64,000 nt of DNA from Histomonas meleagridis 2922-C6/04-290x (Eukaryota; Protista; Parabasalia): assembly GCA_020184695.1 (NCBI GenBank), contig JAANOX010000018.1, positions 216,560 through 280,559 on the forward strand. The letters are read 5' to 3'. The number at the start of each line of letters is the position of its first letter. Within the stretch, counting starts at the first letter, position 1. Positions 22,456-34,817 of the stretch are shown in pieces. The translations under genes were made by a program, and so were the position numbers. The notes beneath the pieces were generated by a model, which saw nothing but the letters and a program-made list of their open reading frames with translations, was not told where the DNA came from and ran no database searches.

Positions 22456-23767
22456 TAGGGTGTTCAAAAAGTCCTGACCCCCCCTCCTATTATGGGCTGT
22501 GATTAGTTTATAAATAAAATATTCATATAATATTAAAATATAGTTAATGAAGATCTTATATATGTGAAATATGTGATTTTTGATTAATTGCATATCGAGA
22601 AAAAAATTTAATTTTAATTTTTGGTGACGCGAAAAATTTGAGAAGAACCGTCACTTTTTTTCATGGATGCCGTCGAACAAAGATTCATTATTAAATTTCT
22701 CTTCCTCTCAGGAAAAAGATACAAAGCCATATACAGAGAAATGTTCACTGTCTTGGGAAATAATACAGTTCATATAAGTACAGTCAAAAGGTGGTGTAGA
22801 AAATTCAAAAATGGTGACTTTTTCATGCCTTGATGAGGAACGTACGGGGAGACCCCCATCTGATCTTGTTCATCCAATTTCAAAAATTCTTCAAAAGCAA
22901 CCATTTATTTCAGCCCGCTTAATTGCAAAGCAATTATCAGTGACTCCAAATACTGTATTAAAAGTTCTTTATGAGGACATGGCATTGAGGCGCTTCACTA
23001 GGAAATGGGTCCCCCATGATTTGACGGAAGAACAAAAATTGGAAAGAGTCGATATGTCAAAATCAATTTTAAAAATATTAGAAAAAGCGGAAAAGAAAAA
23101 TTTCATTAATATAATGACTGGGGATGAGTCATGGTTTTATTTTAATTATCAAAGTTCTTATATGTATGCAGCATCACGAGATGAAGTGCCAACCCGTACC
23201 CAAAAGAAAATTGACAGTGAAAAAATCATGCTGACAATGTTCTTCAATGGAAATTCCCTATTATGCATTGATTTTCTACCAAAAGGCAAAAAATATAATC
23301 AACGCTATTTCATCGATAATATTATTGAAGAAATAATTAAAAATATACAAAATGAGGATGAGGATCAATTGGACTTAGATCAAATGATGATTCATATGGA
23401 CAATTGTAAAGTTCACAAAGGAAATTTAGTTCAACAAAAATTAAATCAAATAAAGCTTAAATCCATTCCGCACCCACCTTATTCTCCTGACATCAGCCCA
23501 TGCGACTTTTGGTTATTTGGTTATTTAAAAAAATATTTGGAAGATAAAGAGATAAAATCGAAACATCAATTAAAAACTCAAATTTTAACGGCATGGGAAC
23601 ACGTCAATTTTGAAGAGCTTCAAAGCGTGTTCTTGGAATGGATCAAAAAGATTGAAGTGGATAATAGAAAACAATGGAGAATACTATATCACATAAATAA
23701 ACAAGAATATCTAAAATTGTTTATTCATTGAGATAGGAGGGGGGGTCATGACTTTTTGAACACCCTA
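22456..23767 (+). mobile_element. Tc1/mariner DNA transposon (DD34D mariner), 1312 bp
   Basis: 35-bp TIRs at 22456-22490 and 23733-23767 (TAGGGTGTTCAAAAAGTCMTGACCCCCCCTCCTAT, one mismatch); TA TSD at 22454-55 and 23768-69; internal transposase. Confidence 0.97.
22663..23696 (+). pseudogene. Mariner transposase with two +1 frameshifts
   Basis: MDAVEQRFIIKF HTH start; WVPHDL, TGDESW, HMDN-(34 aa)-YSPDISPCDF; extra T in the run at 22819-23 and extra A in the run at 23645-49. Confidence 0.9.
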
Positions 23768-26011
23768 TAATCCATTAGTAGTTCGAGAGTTAACATCGGA
23801 GCCTTTTTGTAACAAATATTTCACCATTTCTTTCGATTGAATATTTGTCGCAGCATGTAATGGAGTAATTCCTGTTTTATCACACGAGTTCACAGGATAA
23901 CCATTTTCGATCAATGATTTCATTTTGTCGAAGTTATTACTTTTAATTGCTTCGACTAATGGATTCGGTACTCCTTGCGAATGTAACAGACTGATACAAT
24001 CGATGTTTTTATGTTTCACTGCAATATCTAATGCAGTTTTACCTTTATTATTCTTCATTGTTAATATCGATAATACATTTGTTGTTGATAACAATGATAT
24101 AAATATCTTTAACAACTCTTTCGACCCATATCTACAGATAGTATGAATTGGTGTTTCTCCTTTCGAATTAGTTTCGTTTGGCATTAAGTTCGTGTTCGTA
24201 ATTACATCTTGAAGTCGTTCATAGACATCGATTTTATCCATGTAATGGAAAATGGTATTGTTTTCATTATCGCGGATCATTATATTGACATTATACTTTA
24301 ACAATAACGTAATAATGTTCGATCGACGTAACATGATCGATAAATGTAATGGAGTACGGCCTAAGTCATCACCCATGTCAATGAGTTGATGACATTTCAT
24401 AATCATTTGCGAGACACAGCCTGAACGTGCTTCAAAGATAATCGCCATGTGTAATATTGTCCCGCCGTGTAATACTCCGTCCGTCTTGTTGATGTATAAC
24501 TCCATTGACTCCGCTTTACACGCACGTATAAATTGTGGGCCATATAACGAAAGTTGTGGACACTTGATGGACATGTTGGCAATTTGTTTGTAATCTGGTA
24601 AATCTAAGCTTTTGACGTTGTTTTTGCTGATGTCTGTGATACGTTCAATGTTAATTGTGCATTTGGTTAATGCTATTGATTCAGTAAGTGATAACATGCT
24701 TGAGAGTTCTAACGCTAATGCAAAGGCAACAGGAGTGATGCCAAATGATGTAATAATGTCAACTTTACACCCATTTGATAATAAGATTTGTATCGCATTA
24801 TTGTCATGAACTAAAATGGCATAAAATAATGGAGTAAGACCTCGATTGTCAATGGCATCGATGGTTTCTGGCGTTACTAATGACGTTAATAATGTTTGTG
24901 AACCTGATAATGCTGCATAATGAAGAGCTATTGCTCCATCGGAATCTTTTTGTAACAAATCAGGCTTTTGTTCTAATAGCTGTTCAGCTAATGTAAATAA
25001 TTTTCGCTTAATTAAACGAATTAGTAATGAATCTCCATCATCAGCAACTAACGATGGTGATAATGGAGAACTTAAAAGTATTTTCGCAATTTCAATACGT
25101 TTTAAGTCAGCTGCTAAAAATGTTGCCTTGGAGCATAAGTCTGGTGTGCACTTTGGGATAAGAATCGTAACGGTTTCGGTTGAGTCGGCTATGACAGCAA
25201 GCTCAAGAGCCGATAAACCGTCGGCATTCAATGTGCCGATAGAGGCGCCTGATTCAAGCAGACATTGACAAATTGAATAGTTGCCGATTCCTGCAGCAAT
25301 GTGAAGTGGAGTGGACTTACGATATGGTGATGGTGCATCTATGTCAAGATCAGGATTAGAAAAAAGGTGATAAGTAATGGCTTGTAAATTGTTTGTTTTG
25401 ACAGCTGTATGAAAAGAAGGTAATGCATTATAATCTTCAAGTAATTTAACAATTTTTGCATGATGAAAATGAATAGCAAGATCAAGAGGTGAATAAAACT
25501 TTAATTGATTGGAAAATGTTTCTTGTGATGATTCCATTTCATAAATGAGTTGCGATAAATCTGTGAGATTTTCAATCAGCAGATACCGGAAAGCTTCATA
25601 GCTTCCACGGTAAATGGCAAAATGAATTGGAGCCCAATTTTTAAATGAAGAATCACGAATAAGAACATGATTCTCCTTTAAAATTTGAAGCATTGTCACA
25701 TCATTTAGCTCAGCTGCAATGTGGGCTGGCGTAATATGTTGATAATTAAAAAAATGATGTGTTGGAAATAAACTTATCAGATATTTTGCTGCATTGTATG
25801 CACGAGCTGCTGCAGCATAATGCAGTGTGGTGTTTCCTTGATAATCTGTTATTAATAAAGAATCCTCACCTGCATCTTCATTTGTCTGCTTTAAATGACT
25901 CTCTTGATCTGTTGCAGCCCAAAAATGGGTTATAATTGCGCCAAGCCCTTTTATGTGTGATGTATCAGTGACTTTGAAGAATGGAAGCGCTACAACATTA
26001 TTTTGGGTCAT
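23768..26011 (-). pseudogene. 5' part of the ankyrin-repeat gene truncated by the mariner insertion
   Basis: Many ankyrin motifs (GNTTLHYAA, TPLHIAA, GRTPLHLS, GITPLHAA); the ORF ends at a TAG supplied by the TIR. Confidence 0.9.
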
Positions 26012-26511
26012 TTTTATGTCACTTTCCAATGCCACTTTTTTTATAAGGTAATAAATAAAAAGATTAAGTAAAGTACTGATTTCATCTAAAAAGTTGTATC
26101 GTTACTCAATCACCACAAAAAAGAATAAACCAAACAATTTTTGTAAATTTAATGGAAAATTCTGAAACGATTGGTTTGATTCAATTGAATTTTTTTTGTC
26201 AACGGTTTATCTGGTGAAATACTGCAAACAATTTCAAGAATGCTCTTAATGGAAAAAATTATTTGAAATGTCTTTTTGATCATGTTTCTTCTATGCTCAC
26301 TAATTATTTATGTTATGCATGAATTAGAATTGTGTAATAATAAAAAATTAATGTTTCATGAACATGTTTCTGATGTAAATTAGGAATATCTCTTTTTATA
26401 TCATCAAAATAAATTTATAAAAATGATATATGATCTCTATTTATATTAAAAAAAAAATAAAAGATTTCTTCAAAGGAATTGAAATACATCAAATAGTTTT
26501 ATTACATATTT

Positions 26512-27117
26512 CTAACAGCATCCGCTTTGTTTATGTTCACTTTTCTCTTCATATTCAGGCCTTAGCACACTATTAACTTGTGGAATTGTTTTTATAATTG
26601 ATTCGAAAAGAGCATCGACAAGCGCATTATATAATTCTTTAATGTTATTGCCTGTCTTTGCTGATGTTTCAAAATATTTTGCATTGTAAGTATTTGCCCA
26701 TTTTTCTATTTCTGAATTATCAACATCTCTTTCTTCAACCAAATCCGATTTGTTACCAACTAGGAAAAAAATAGCATTGTTACTACCAGATTCTTGATAT
26801 GATTTAAGCCATGAATCAAGATTTTTAAAACTTTTTTTGTTTGTTATATCAAAAACAAAGAATACAGCAGAAGCGCCTCTATAATAAACAGATCCAAGAC
26901 TTTTATATTGCTCTTGTCCAGCTGTATCACAAATTTGTATTTCTATTTTTTGGCCATCACGCTCTTCAATAAATGAATCAATTGCTGCGCCAATAGTGGT
27001 GGTTTGGTTCGAATCAAAAAAATCCTTGAGAAAGCGGTTAGCAATGCATGTCTTCCCAACTGATGAATCTCCAATTGTAACTACGCGGAATGTTACTTTG
27101 TCATCATCGACTAACAT
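26512..27117 (-). CDS. Rab-family small GTPase
   Basis: GDSSVGKT, DTAGQE, NKSD and ETSAK motifs; C-terminal CC prenylation site. Confidence 0.95.
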   Translation of the reverse strand: MLVDDDKVTFRVVTIGDSSVGKTCIANRFLKDFFDSNQTTTIGAAIDSFIEERDGQKIEIQICDTAGQEQYKSLGSVYYRGASAVFFVFDITNKKSFKNLDSWLKSYQESGSNNAIFFLVGNKSDLVEERDVDNSEIEKWANTYNAKYFETSAKTGNNIKELYNALVDALFESIIKTIPQVNSVLRPEYEEKSEHKQSGCC

Positions 27118-27640
27118 TTTGATTCAAAATTTTTGACTTTTTTGATCGGCAATCAATTCAAATCAAATTTATTTCAATACTGTCATTAAGCAAATATTTT
27201 TAAGCTTATTTTTTCTCTTTTATTTTATTTACAAAGCAAGATATTTTCATTTTAGCTTGAACAATTCAACTTCATGAATATTTATACAAATTTGAATTGA
27301 TATACCGTTATTAATATTTCCCCATGAGACCAAAGGAGCTTTGCGACTGGGAAACACTTCTATCAATAAATCAAGCAATTTTTAGTATGAATGAGAAAAT
27401 TTCCCTAGATTTTTAGGTTTAATAATCAACAAATTTGGTGAAATTCATACTTTATCTCATGATTTAATTATTATTCAAATGATATTATTTATTTGTAATT
27501 AGATATAATAATATAGATTTATTTTTGAATATTATAAAAGAAATAAGAGCATTTGAAGATAGTAATAAAATCAAATCTATTATATATGATGTATTTGGGA
27601 GAATTCTTAATAATAAACATACACATGAATCAGTTTAATC

Positions 27641-27830
27641 AATATTTGGTAATTATTTAAATTATTTGATACAGCACTTATACAAGAATCCAAAAAAGGT
27701 TATATAGAAATAGTTAAATTACTTCTTCAACATAAAGGAATTAATATTTTCCAAAAAAAATCCTAAAGGAAAATCTGCATTCACGCGTGCATTAGAAAAT
27801 ATTGATATTAATGCTAAAAAATATATTTGT
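27641..27830 (+). pseudogene. Ankyrin-repeat relic carrying the 3' half of the 71-nt-type spacer
   Basis: ATATTT-GGT-AATTATTTAAATTATTT followed by DTALIQESKKGYIEIVKLLLQHKGINI; frameshift in an A run. Confidence 0.7.
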
Positions 27831-28546
27831 GGAACAAAGGACTACTGAACACGAGTTTGAAGAACATCGCAATTCGATTGACAAAGCAAGACCAGTGATT
27901 AGCAATGTACAATAGATCTAATTAATTATTGAGCAATAATCGAAGCCCACGTTGGAACGTTATACACATTTAAAGTTGTATCATATAATAGTGAAGGCAA
28001 AGAAATCGTTAATTAACGATGTTAATGTTACTACGGGAATCAAATATTATAAATATCAAATTAACATAAATTCTAAATGTTATGTAGAAACTTTGGAAAC
28101 ATAGCGAATAATAATACTATTAAATTTACTACAGAAGATATTGTCTATCATAAATATCTTCATGTTGCTCCAGTTGACAAAGCAGACAACTTATAAAAAA
28201 TATTTAGTGTTCGATTAAATTTCTCTACTAATACATTTTATAGAATAGGTTTTAAGAATTTCGTTTCTTCAAATTTAATTATTTCGTATTTATATCCCAA
28301 AATAACTGCAATCTTTCATATCCTGCATAATATGTATCATTTTAATGAAAGTTTTCCATGTAATTTATCAATGAATTGCAGCAAAAATATTCTTAAAAAT
28401 CCACAAAAGATATTTTATACATTAATTACTTCTATATATTCAAACATAACTTTGTTCGTATTTATATTTTTTGTTTTTACTTTCTTTTCCAAAATTTATT
28501 TTAATCAGAAAATCATTCATCAAAAAACGAAGTTATTCTGATTTTA

Positions 28547-30112
28547 ATGATTATATTTTTTGTTAATACAAAGCAATCATATGACGAAGAGACAAAAACA
28601 CTCACAATATCTGATTCCAATGATTTTTCAAATGATTATATGAATGTTACTGAGCACGTTATAATTATTAATATTGGCGAGCTTGAAAGTAATGCATTCA
28701 GAGAATGGCCTTTATTAACAACAGTAATAATTGAAGAAACAGTTGGAAATATAAATAGTGGAGCATTTGCATCATGTAAACAATTAGAATATGTCCAATT
28801 TCCAGATAAATTCATGAGTGGAATTGGAGGTGGTGCATTTGCAGAATGTATTTCATTAAATAACATTACAATTCGTTGTAATAGCATCAGTGGTAAAGCA
28901 TTTTATAAATGTACAGGACTTGAAACAATAACATTAGTTGTAGGCGTACGAAGTATTGGCTCAGATGCATTCAGAGGGTGTATAAACCTTGTGAATATTT
29001 ATATACCAAGTTCAGTTACTTCGATTGGGAATCCATTTTTAGAATGTACGAAACTTCAATTTATTAATGTTTCAGAAGAAAATATTGGATATTCGAATTA
29101 TGAAAATGATGGGGTTTTATATAATAATGAAATTACACAAATTATTAGTTATCCGAATATGAAAAGTAAAACATTTACTATTCCTACTTCAGTCATTTCT
29201 ATTATGAATTATGCTTTTGCAAGTTGTAATAATTTAGAAAGAATTTTTATTGATGAAAATGTTCAATATATTAATTCATGTGCATTTGTTAATTGTACAT
29301 CACTTCAATGTATTCATTTTAATGGAGAAACTTCACCAGAAATATAAAATGATGCATTTGTTAACATAAATGCGACAACATTTATGACATTAGAAACATA
29401 TCAAAATGAAACATTTGGAAATATGAATATTACTAAGGGAACAACACTTGACGAATGTCTCCCGCCAACACGCACATTCACTGACTCAAATCCATTTACA
29501 AAATTAAATACATTTACAATTAGTAATACATTTATCAAATCGAATACATTTACGAAATCAAAAAATAACTTTGATTCGAATACTTATGTTGATACATTTT
29601 CAATGAATTTTACTTTCGTTAACACTTATACTTTAACTTATTCTTTATCGTTTATAAAAACTTTATCAATTTATGATTATATGTTCATAAAATCTTATTC
29701 AGTTACTTTCATTGAATCTGAAACTAAATATATTTATAGCGATTTCATATATTATAATTATACAATTATATATTATCCAGAATATTTTACTTATTATTCG
29801 AATTTCTTTTATATTTCTTATATCGAAGATGTAATAATAAACACTGATGATAATAATACATTAATTATCATTATAATTGTTATTGTAATTGTAATAATTA
29901 TTGTATTTATAATGATAATAATAATATTTATGATTAAATATCAAAATAAGAAGCGGAAACAAAATGAAGAAAAAATGAATGTTTCAGATGAAAATAATAA
30001 TAATATTAATGAAATCGATAATACATTTTCAGTTGGTATTAATAATTCAAATATTGAAGAAGATCCATTTGCAGACGATTTCAAAGAAGAAAAATTTATC
30101 AGTCAGATATAA
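28547..30112 (+). pseudogene. BspA-like (TpLRR) surface protein with one in-frame TAA at 29345-47
   Basis: TpLRR repeats (SIGSDAFRGCINLVNIYIP); T/S/F-rich stalk, TM helix and EEDPF tail; both track ORFs are in one frame, linked by 12 sense codons. Confidence 0.8.
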
Positions 30113-30759
30113 ATAAACATATTTTAAGTACATAATATTTTAATTTGTTTATTAATTTCATAAATACAAACATTTTTGTTATTTAGAAAATTTTATGTTT
30201 CTTCTATTATATGATTATTAGAATAAATCCAATTTATCCAAATCATAAACACTAAAAGTAAATGATAAATTATATTAAAGAAAAAATTGGAAATTTAGAG
30301 ATATTGTGGTAAAAACGCATTCTTTTTTCAAAAATCAAAAGAAAGATATTTCAATTTCAAATAAGTGTTCGTCTTGAGTAGTTCTTCTTTTATTTGTGAT
30401 AAATTAAGTTTGAACAAAAAGTAAATTATTATGAAAATAACAAATATATCGTTAATTCATTGTATATAATCAATGCATTTTTTAACATAATGAAGTATAA
30501 AATCATTATGTAAAAGTTTATCATAATTTTCTTGTTGTTTTCCTAAAATAATGAGCGTTCATCAGTCAAACAATGTATAAAATAAAAAAAGTTTTTAGTA
30601 TAGACCATGGTCAGCTGGATGTATGAAAGCTTACAATTTTAATTCATCATATTATCAATGCATGATGAGCTATTGGATGTTGCTTTATAATTTTTTTTCT
30701 TGATATATTTAAAATATTTTAACATATATTAAAGATTTGCAAATACTTTGCTTCAAACA

Positions 30760-31600
30760 ATCATATTAATTCTAAACTTTTAAAAACTTTATTGTAGTTA
30801 TGCAATAAAAACATTAAATTATTTTCATCATAATAATCTTTTTCATATGGATCTTCTTCAATAGTTGATAATTCTATAACATTTTCTGTGTTAATATTGA
30901 TAGCATTTTCGTTTGAATTTTCTTGATTGCTTATAATAATATATCGTTTAGCGTGATGATGACGAATTAAAAAGATTATAAGAAGCGAAATGATTAACAT
31001 AATTATAACACAAATTACAATAACAATGACAAAAATTTCTTGCTTTCCTTATTTTTTCAATTCTTTATCTTCATTATTAATAAATGCAATTATTAATGTA
31101 TTTTCATGTGTCCTTTAGGAATACATAAAAAAGCACTTCTTTAAGTAAGTAAAAATCCTTTGATTAATATTTGAAATTTAAAAAATTAATATTTTCTTTA
31201 AAATTTTTTATAACTCGATATCTTATTCTTCAACGTATTTTCCATTTATTCATTGTTTTTCATATTACTGAAAATACTGTTAGAACTATAATTAATATCT
31301 CACCAACATGAACATATATGTCAACAGCTATTCAAATAGTGTTATCATCGATTTCAATTTTACTTGTATCTAAGTTATCGTGAGACAAAGGAAAATTGGA
31401 AGTTTTATAATTAATGAATCATAATAAGAAATCTGTGTATCTACATGTGTATATTCTTCATTAATCATAGATAGTATTATTGTATTTGTAAGTGAAAATG
31501 GCCCACTAATGGGTACTATATTAATGTCAAATCAAATTGTAACAATGGCTTGCATGTATTTGATCGAGAAAATGCATTTGATTGACTGAATGAATGAAAA
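30760..31600 (-). pseudogene. Decayed type I surface-protein gene (TM plus EEDPY tail)
   Basis: LLIIFLIRHHH...STIEEDPYEKDYYDE resembles the EEDPFADDF tail at about 30060; upstream frames are broken; boundary approximate. Confidence 0.45.
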
Positions 31601-32085
31601 TGTATTTGATGTAAGTCGTAAAACTACGCATTTATACATATGAAAGAACAATTGATTTTAAATAAAGTTTTACTTACACATAAAATTAATATTAATTTTG
31701 ATATTCATCTTCATTTCTATAAGATTCCACTCGTTGAAATGACTTTAATGTTCTTGATCTTGTACTTACCACGTCGGATAGCAACTGTAATTCATTTTAA
31801 TTCGCTCTATCCGCAGCCACCAGAAACTCGTTAACGAAATCCACGAAAGCGTTTTTCGAAGGCAACGAATTTTTCATTGTTATAACAATTTTTTTTGAGA
31901 ATTCATCGTCAGCCATTTTATCTGCGATAGCTCCGAAAATTGCCTCTTCGAAAGGAACCTGTTTTTTATTCATTTTACATAGCATTTGCATGTGGAAATG
32001 AAGAAATCATTCATTTATGTGAACAAAATCATTCATCATTTAAAAAAGCGCTTTTTTAAAGCGAAAATAAACACGAACTTTAGGC

Positions 32086-32700
32086 ATGCCTAAAACTAAC
32101 AAACGTAATACAACAAAATCTCCTTCTTCTAAGAGAAATAGTAAAGTTAATGAAACTAAAACTAGTTATATAAAATTACTTATATATTTATGAAATAGAA
32201 AAATTGTATGGATTTGAATATAATATTATTCGACGTTTTGTTCATTGGGGTGGAAATTTTATTACTTTTTCATCTGATAAAGTACAAAAAGACATCAATA
32301 GTTTGGGATCTTTGTGTATTACAAATGGAAGTTACGAGATTTTTTCATTTTTAGAAAACTCTTTAGATCTAAAGGAAATTAATAAGGATTTGATTGATAA
32401 AGCTGCTAAAATTGGGAACCTATATCTTGTTAAATATTTTCTGCAAAAGAATTAAATTCCAAAAGATATTTTGTTTAAATCTATAAAATAAAAAATATTG
32501 AACTTGTTAAATATATTTTAGAACAAAATGTAATTGATATTAATGATAAAGATATTTATTTGTTGTATTAGCTATTTGTATTAATGATTTTTGGTTTTAA
32601 TATAAAATTTGGAAAATATTTAAATTTTTTAAAACAGCATTTATGAATGTATCTAGAAGTGGTAATATTAAATTAGTTAAATTGCTTCTTGAACTAAGCT
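32086..32700 (+). pseudogene. Internally deleted paralog of the DUF3447-ankyrin gene at 45751
   Basis: MPKTNKRNTTKSPSSKRNSKVNETKTSYIKLLI vs MPKTSKRNTTKSSSSSKRNGKVNETQTSYIKLLI; shared upstream AAACAC.AACTTTAGGC; AAKIGNLYLVKYFL; one 71-nt spacer at 32560-32630. Confidence 0.85.
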
Positions 32701-33651
32701 TTTTTTGTGTTTTGACTTGAATGATTGGAAAATTTTATGCTTTATGAAAAGTGACATTTTTGGGGGTATCCTGGAGAATATCATCTTTACGGTTATTTTG
32801 GCGGGGTTTTAACGGGCGATTTTCTGTTCCCCCAAAACAAGGGTTGAATTAAATGTATATTAACGTTCCTAGGAACTCGAACAAATATATTGTCAAATAA
32901 AAGGTTATTGCAAATGTTTTATATTTTCCTGAGATCAATAGATCAATTAATTAAAATATATTCCTAATTATAAAATGAGCAATTTTTGCAAAAGAAGGGT
33001 TCTTTGATATAATAGGTTCTGTCTAAAGCCAATCTTAAACCAAAGTGCCAGATTATTGTTTGAAATTTGGTGGAAATTATGTGAGTTGTTTTGTTAATTA
33101 ATTTTCATGGATTAATAGTTCAAAAAAGTCTGATGGAAGCTCATTTTTTTTCAAAATTGAAAAAAAAAACATTGATTTGATCGATTTGATATTTATGATA
33201 AATAATATCCATGATATGTGCTTTATATTTCATGTGTTGAAATTTCAAAAACTCTAAAAAGATATTTTGATTTTTTCACAAAATCAAAATTTGTCGACAA
33301 ATTTTGTCTAAGTATGTTAGTTCGCCACCTAATCATGAAGAAGTTATTTGATTTTGAAAAGTGCCAAAACAAATAAACGGCTGACAGCACACATTAAATT
33401 TTAAAAATAGTTATTACTCAGAGATATCGAGCCAAAAATGTTAAAATTAACCAAACCAAAGTGGGTATCACAATTACTAAATAAAGTTATTGTTAAATTC
33501 ATATATACTTTTTTCATTTTCTTTACCGTTTTTCAACGATGTTTTTTCGGTTTTGACCGGCGCCCAATGTCCCATAAAACCCAAGTTTTTGAAGTATAAC
33601 CGCCGACTAACCCCCGCCCAAGCAGTTTTGTCCGCTTTGCACTCAGAAAAG

Positions 33652-33660
33652 TCATTTCAC
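33652..33660 (+). promoter_or_regulatory. Candidate parabasalid initiator (Inr) for actin
   Basis: TCATTTCAC about 30 nt upstream of the ATG fits the TCAY-type Inr of trichomonads; short motif, so chance occurrence is possible. Confidence 0.4.
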
Positions 33661-33686
33661 ATAACCAACACATCACATTTATTCTA

Positions 33687-34817
33687 ATGGCTGAAGACGA
33701 AGTTCAAACATTAGTTATCGATAATGGTTCCGGTATGTGCAAGGCTGGTTTCGCTGGTGATGAAGCACCACGCTCAGTTTTCCCATCAATTGTTGGTCGT
33801 CCAAAGTATGTCCAAACAATCGCTGGTGGTCAAAACAAGGATACATATGTTGGTGATGAAGCATGTGCTAAGGCAGGTATCCTTATTCTCAAGTACCCAA
33901 TTGAACACGGTATCGTTACCAACTGGGACGATATGGAAAAGATCTGGCACCACACCTTCTACAACGAATTACGTGTTGACCCAGCTGAACATCCAGTTCT
34001 TCTTACAGAAGCCCCAATGAACCCAAAGGCCAACCGTGAAAAGATGATCCAACTCCAATTCGAAACATTCAACGTTCCAGCATTCTATGTTGGTATCCAA
34101 GCCGTTCTTTCCCTTTACTCATCAGGTCGTACAACCGGTATCGTTTTCGATGCAGGTGATGGCGTTTCCCACACAGTTCCAATCTACGAAGGCTACTCCC
34201 TTCCACACGCCATCATGCGTATCAACCTCGCCGGTCGTGATCTCACAGCCTATCTCCAAAAGATCCTCAACGAACGTGGTTACACCTTCACAACATCCGC
34301 CGAAAAGGAAATTGTTCGTGATATCAAGGAGAAACACGCATATGTTGCTCTTGATTTCGATGAAGAAATGAACAAGGCCGCTACAACATCCGAATGCGAC
34401 ATCTCATACACACTTCCAGATGGCAACGTCATCACCATCGCCAACGAGCGCTTCAGGTGCCCAGAACTTCTTTTCAAGCCACACTTCAACGGCTTCGAAT
34501 TCGAAGGTATTGACCAAACCCTCTTCAACTCCATCATGGCATGCGATATCGATGTCCGTAAGGATCTCTACGCTAACATTGTTCTTTCCGGTGGTACCAC
34601 AATGTTCGAAGGTCTCCCAGAACGTATGGAGAAGGAAATGGTCCGCCTCGCACCACCAACAATGAAGATCAAAGTCGTCGCCCCACCAGAACGTAAGTAC
34701 GCAGTTTGGATCGGTGGCTCCATCCTCGCATCACTCGCCACATTCCCACAAATGGTTATCACACGTGACGAATACAACGAAGCTGGTCCAGGAATTGTCC
34801 ACCGCAAGTGCTTCTAA
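33687..34817 (+). CDS. ACT: Actin
   Basis: [23 protein letters not shown] and [10 protein letters not shown] motifs, ending VHRKCF; strong C-ending codon bias. Confidence 0.99.
   Translation: MAEDEVQTLVIDNGSGMCKAGFAGDEAPRSVFPSIVGRPKYVQTIAGGQNKDTYVGDEACAKAGILILKYPIEHGIVTNWDDMEKIWHHTFYNELRVDPAEHPVLLTEAPMNPKANREKMIQLQFETFNVPAFYVGIQAVLSLYSSGRTTGIVFDAGDGVSHTVPIYEGYSLPHAIMRINLAGRDLTAYLQKILNERGYTFTTSAEKEIVRDIKEKHAYVALDFDEEMNKAATTSECDISYTLPDGNVITIANERFRCPELLFKPHFNGFEFEGIDQTLFNSIMACDIDVRKDLYANIVLSGGTTMFEGLPERMEKEMVRLAPPTMKIKVVAPPERKYAVWIGGSILASLATFPQMVITRDEYNEAGPGIVHRKCF

Noticed and set aside
22288-22593. 101-aa ORF spanning the left TIR
   Set aside because: A chimeric frame made of element end and flank, with no motif.
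22811-23731. 306-aa track ORF as a complete transposase
   Set aside because: It lacks the N-terminal HTH (true start 22663) and runs out of frame after 23649.
29345-29347. Alternative genetic code (TAA reassigned)
   Set aside because: Many intact genes end in TAA (actin, gmd, Hsp70), and the long ORFs translate cleanly with the standard code.
32757-32838. 9-bp inverted repeat TTTTGGGGG...CCCCCAAAA as a MITE
   Set aside because: Too short, no clear TSD, and no second copy in the window.
33724-34807. Alternative-frame and antisense ORFs within actin (and similarly in gmd, Hsp70, MFS, BEACH and CFAP44)
   Set aside because: Shadow ORFs produced by the codon bias of the real genes.
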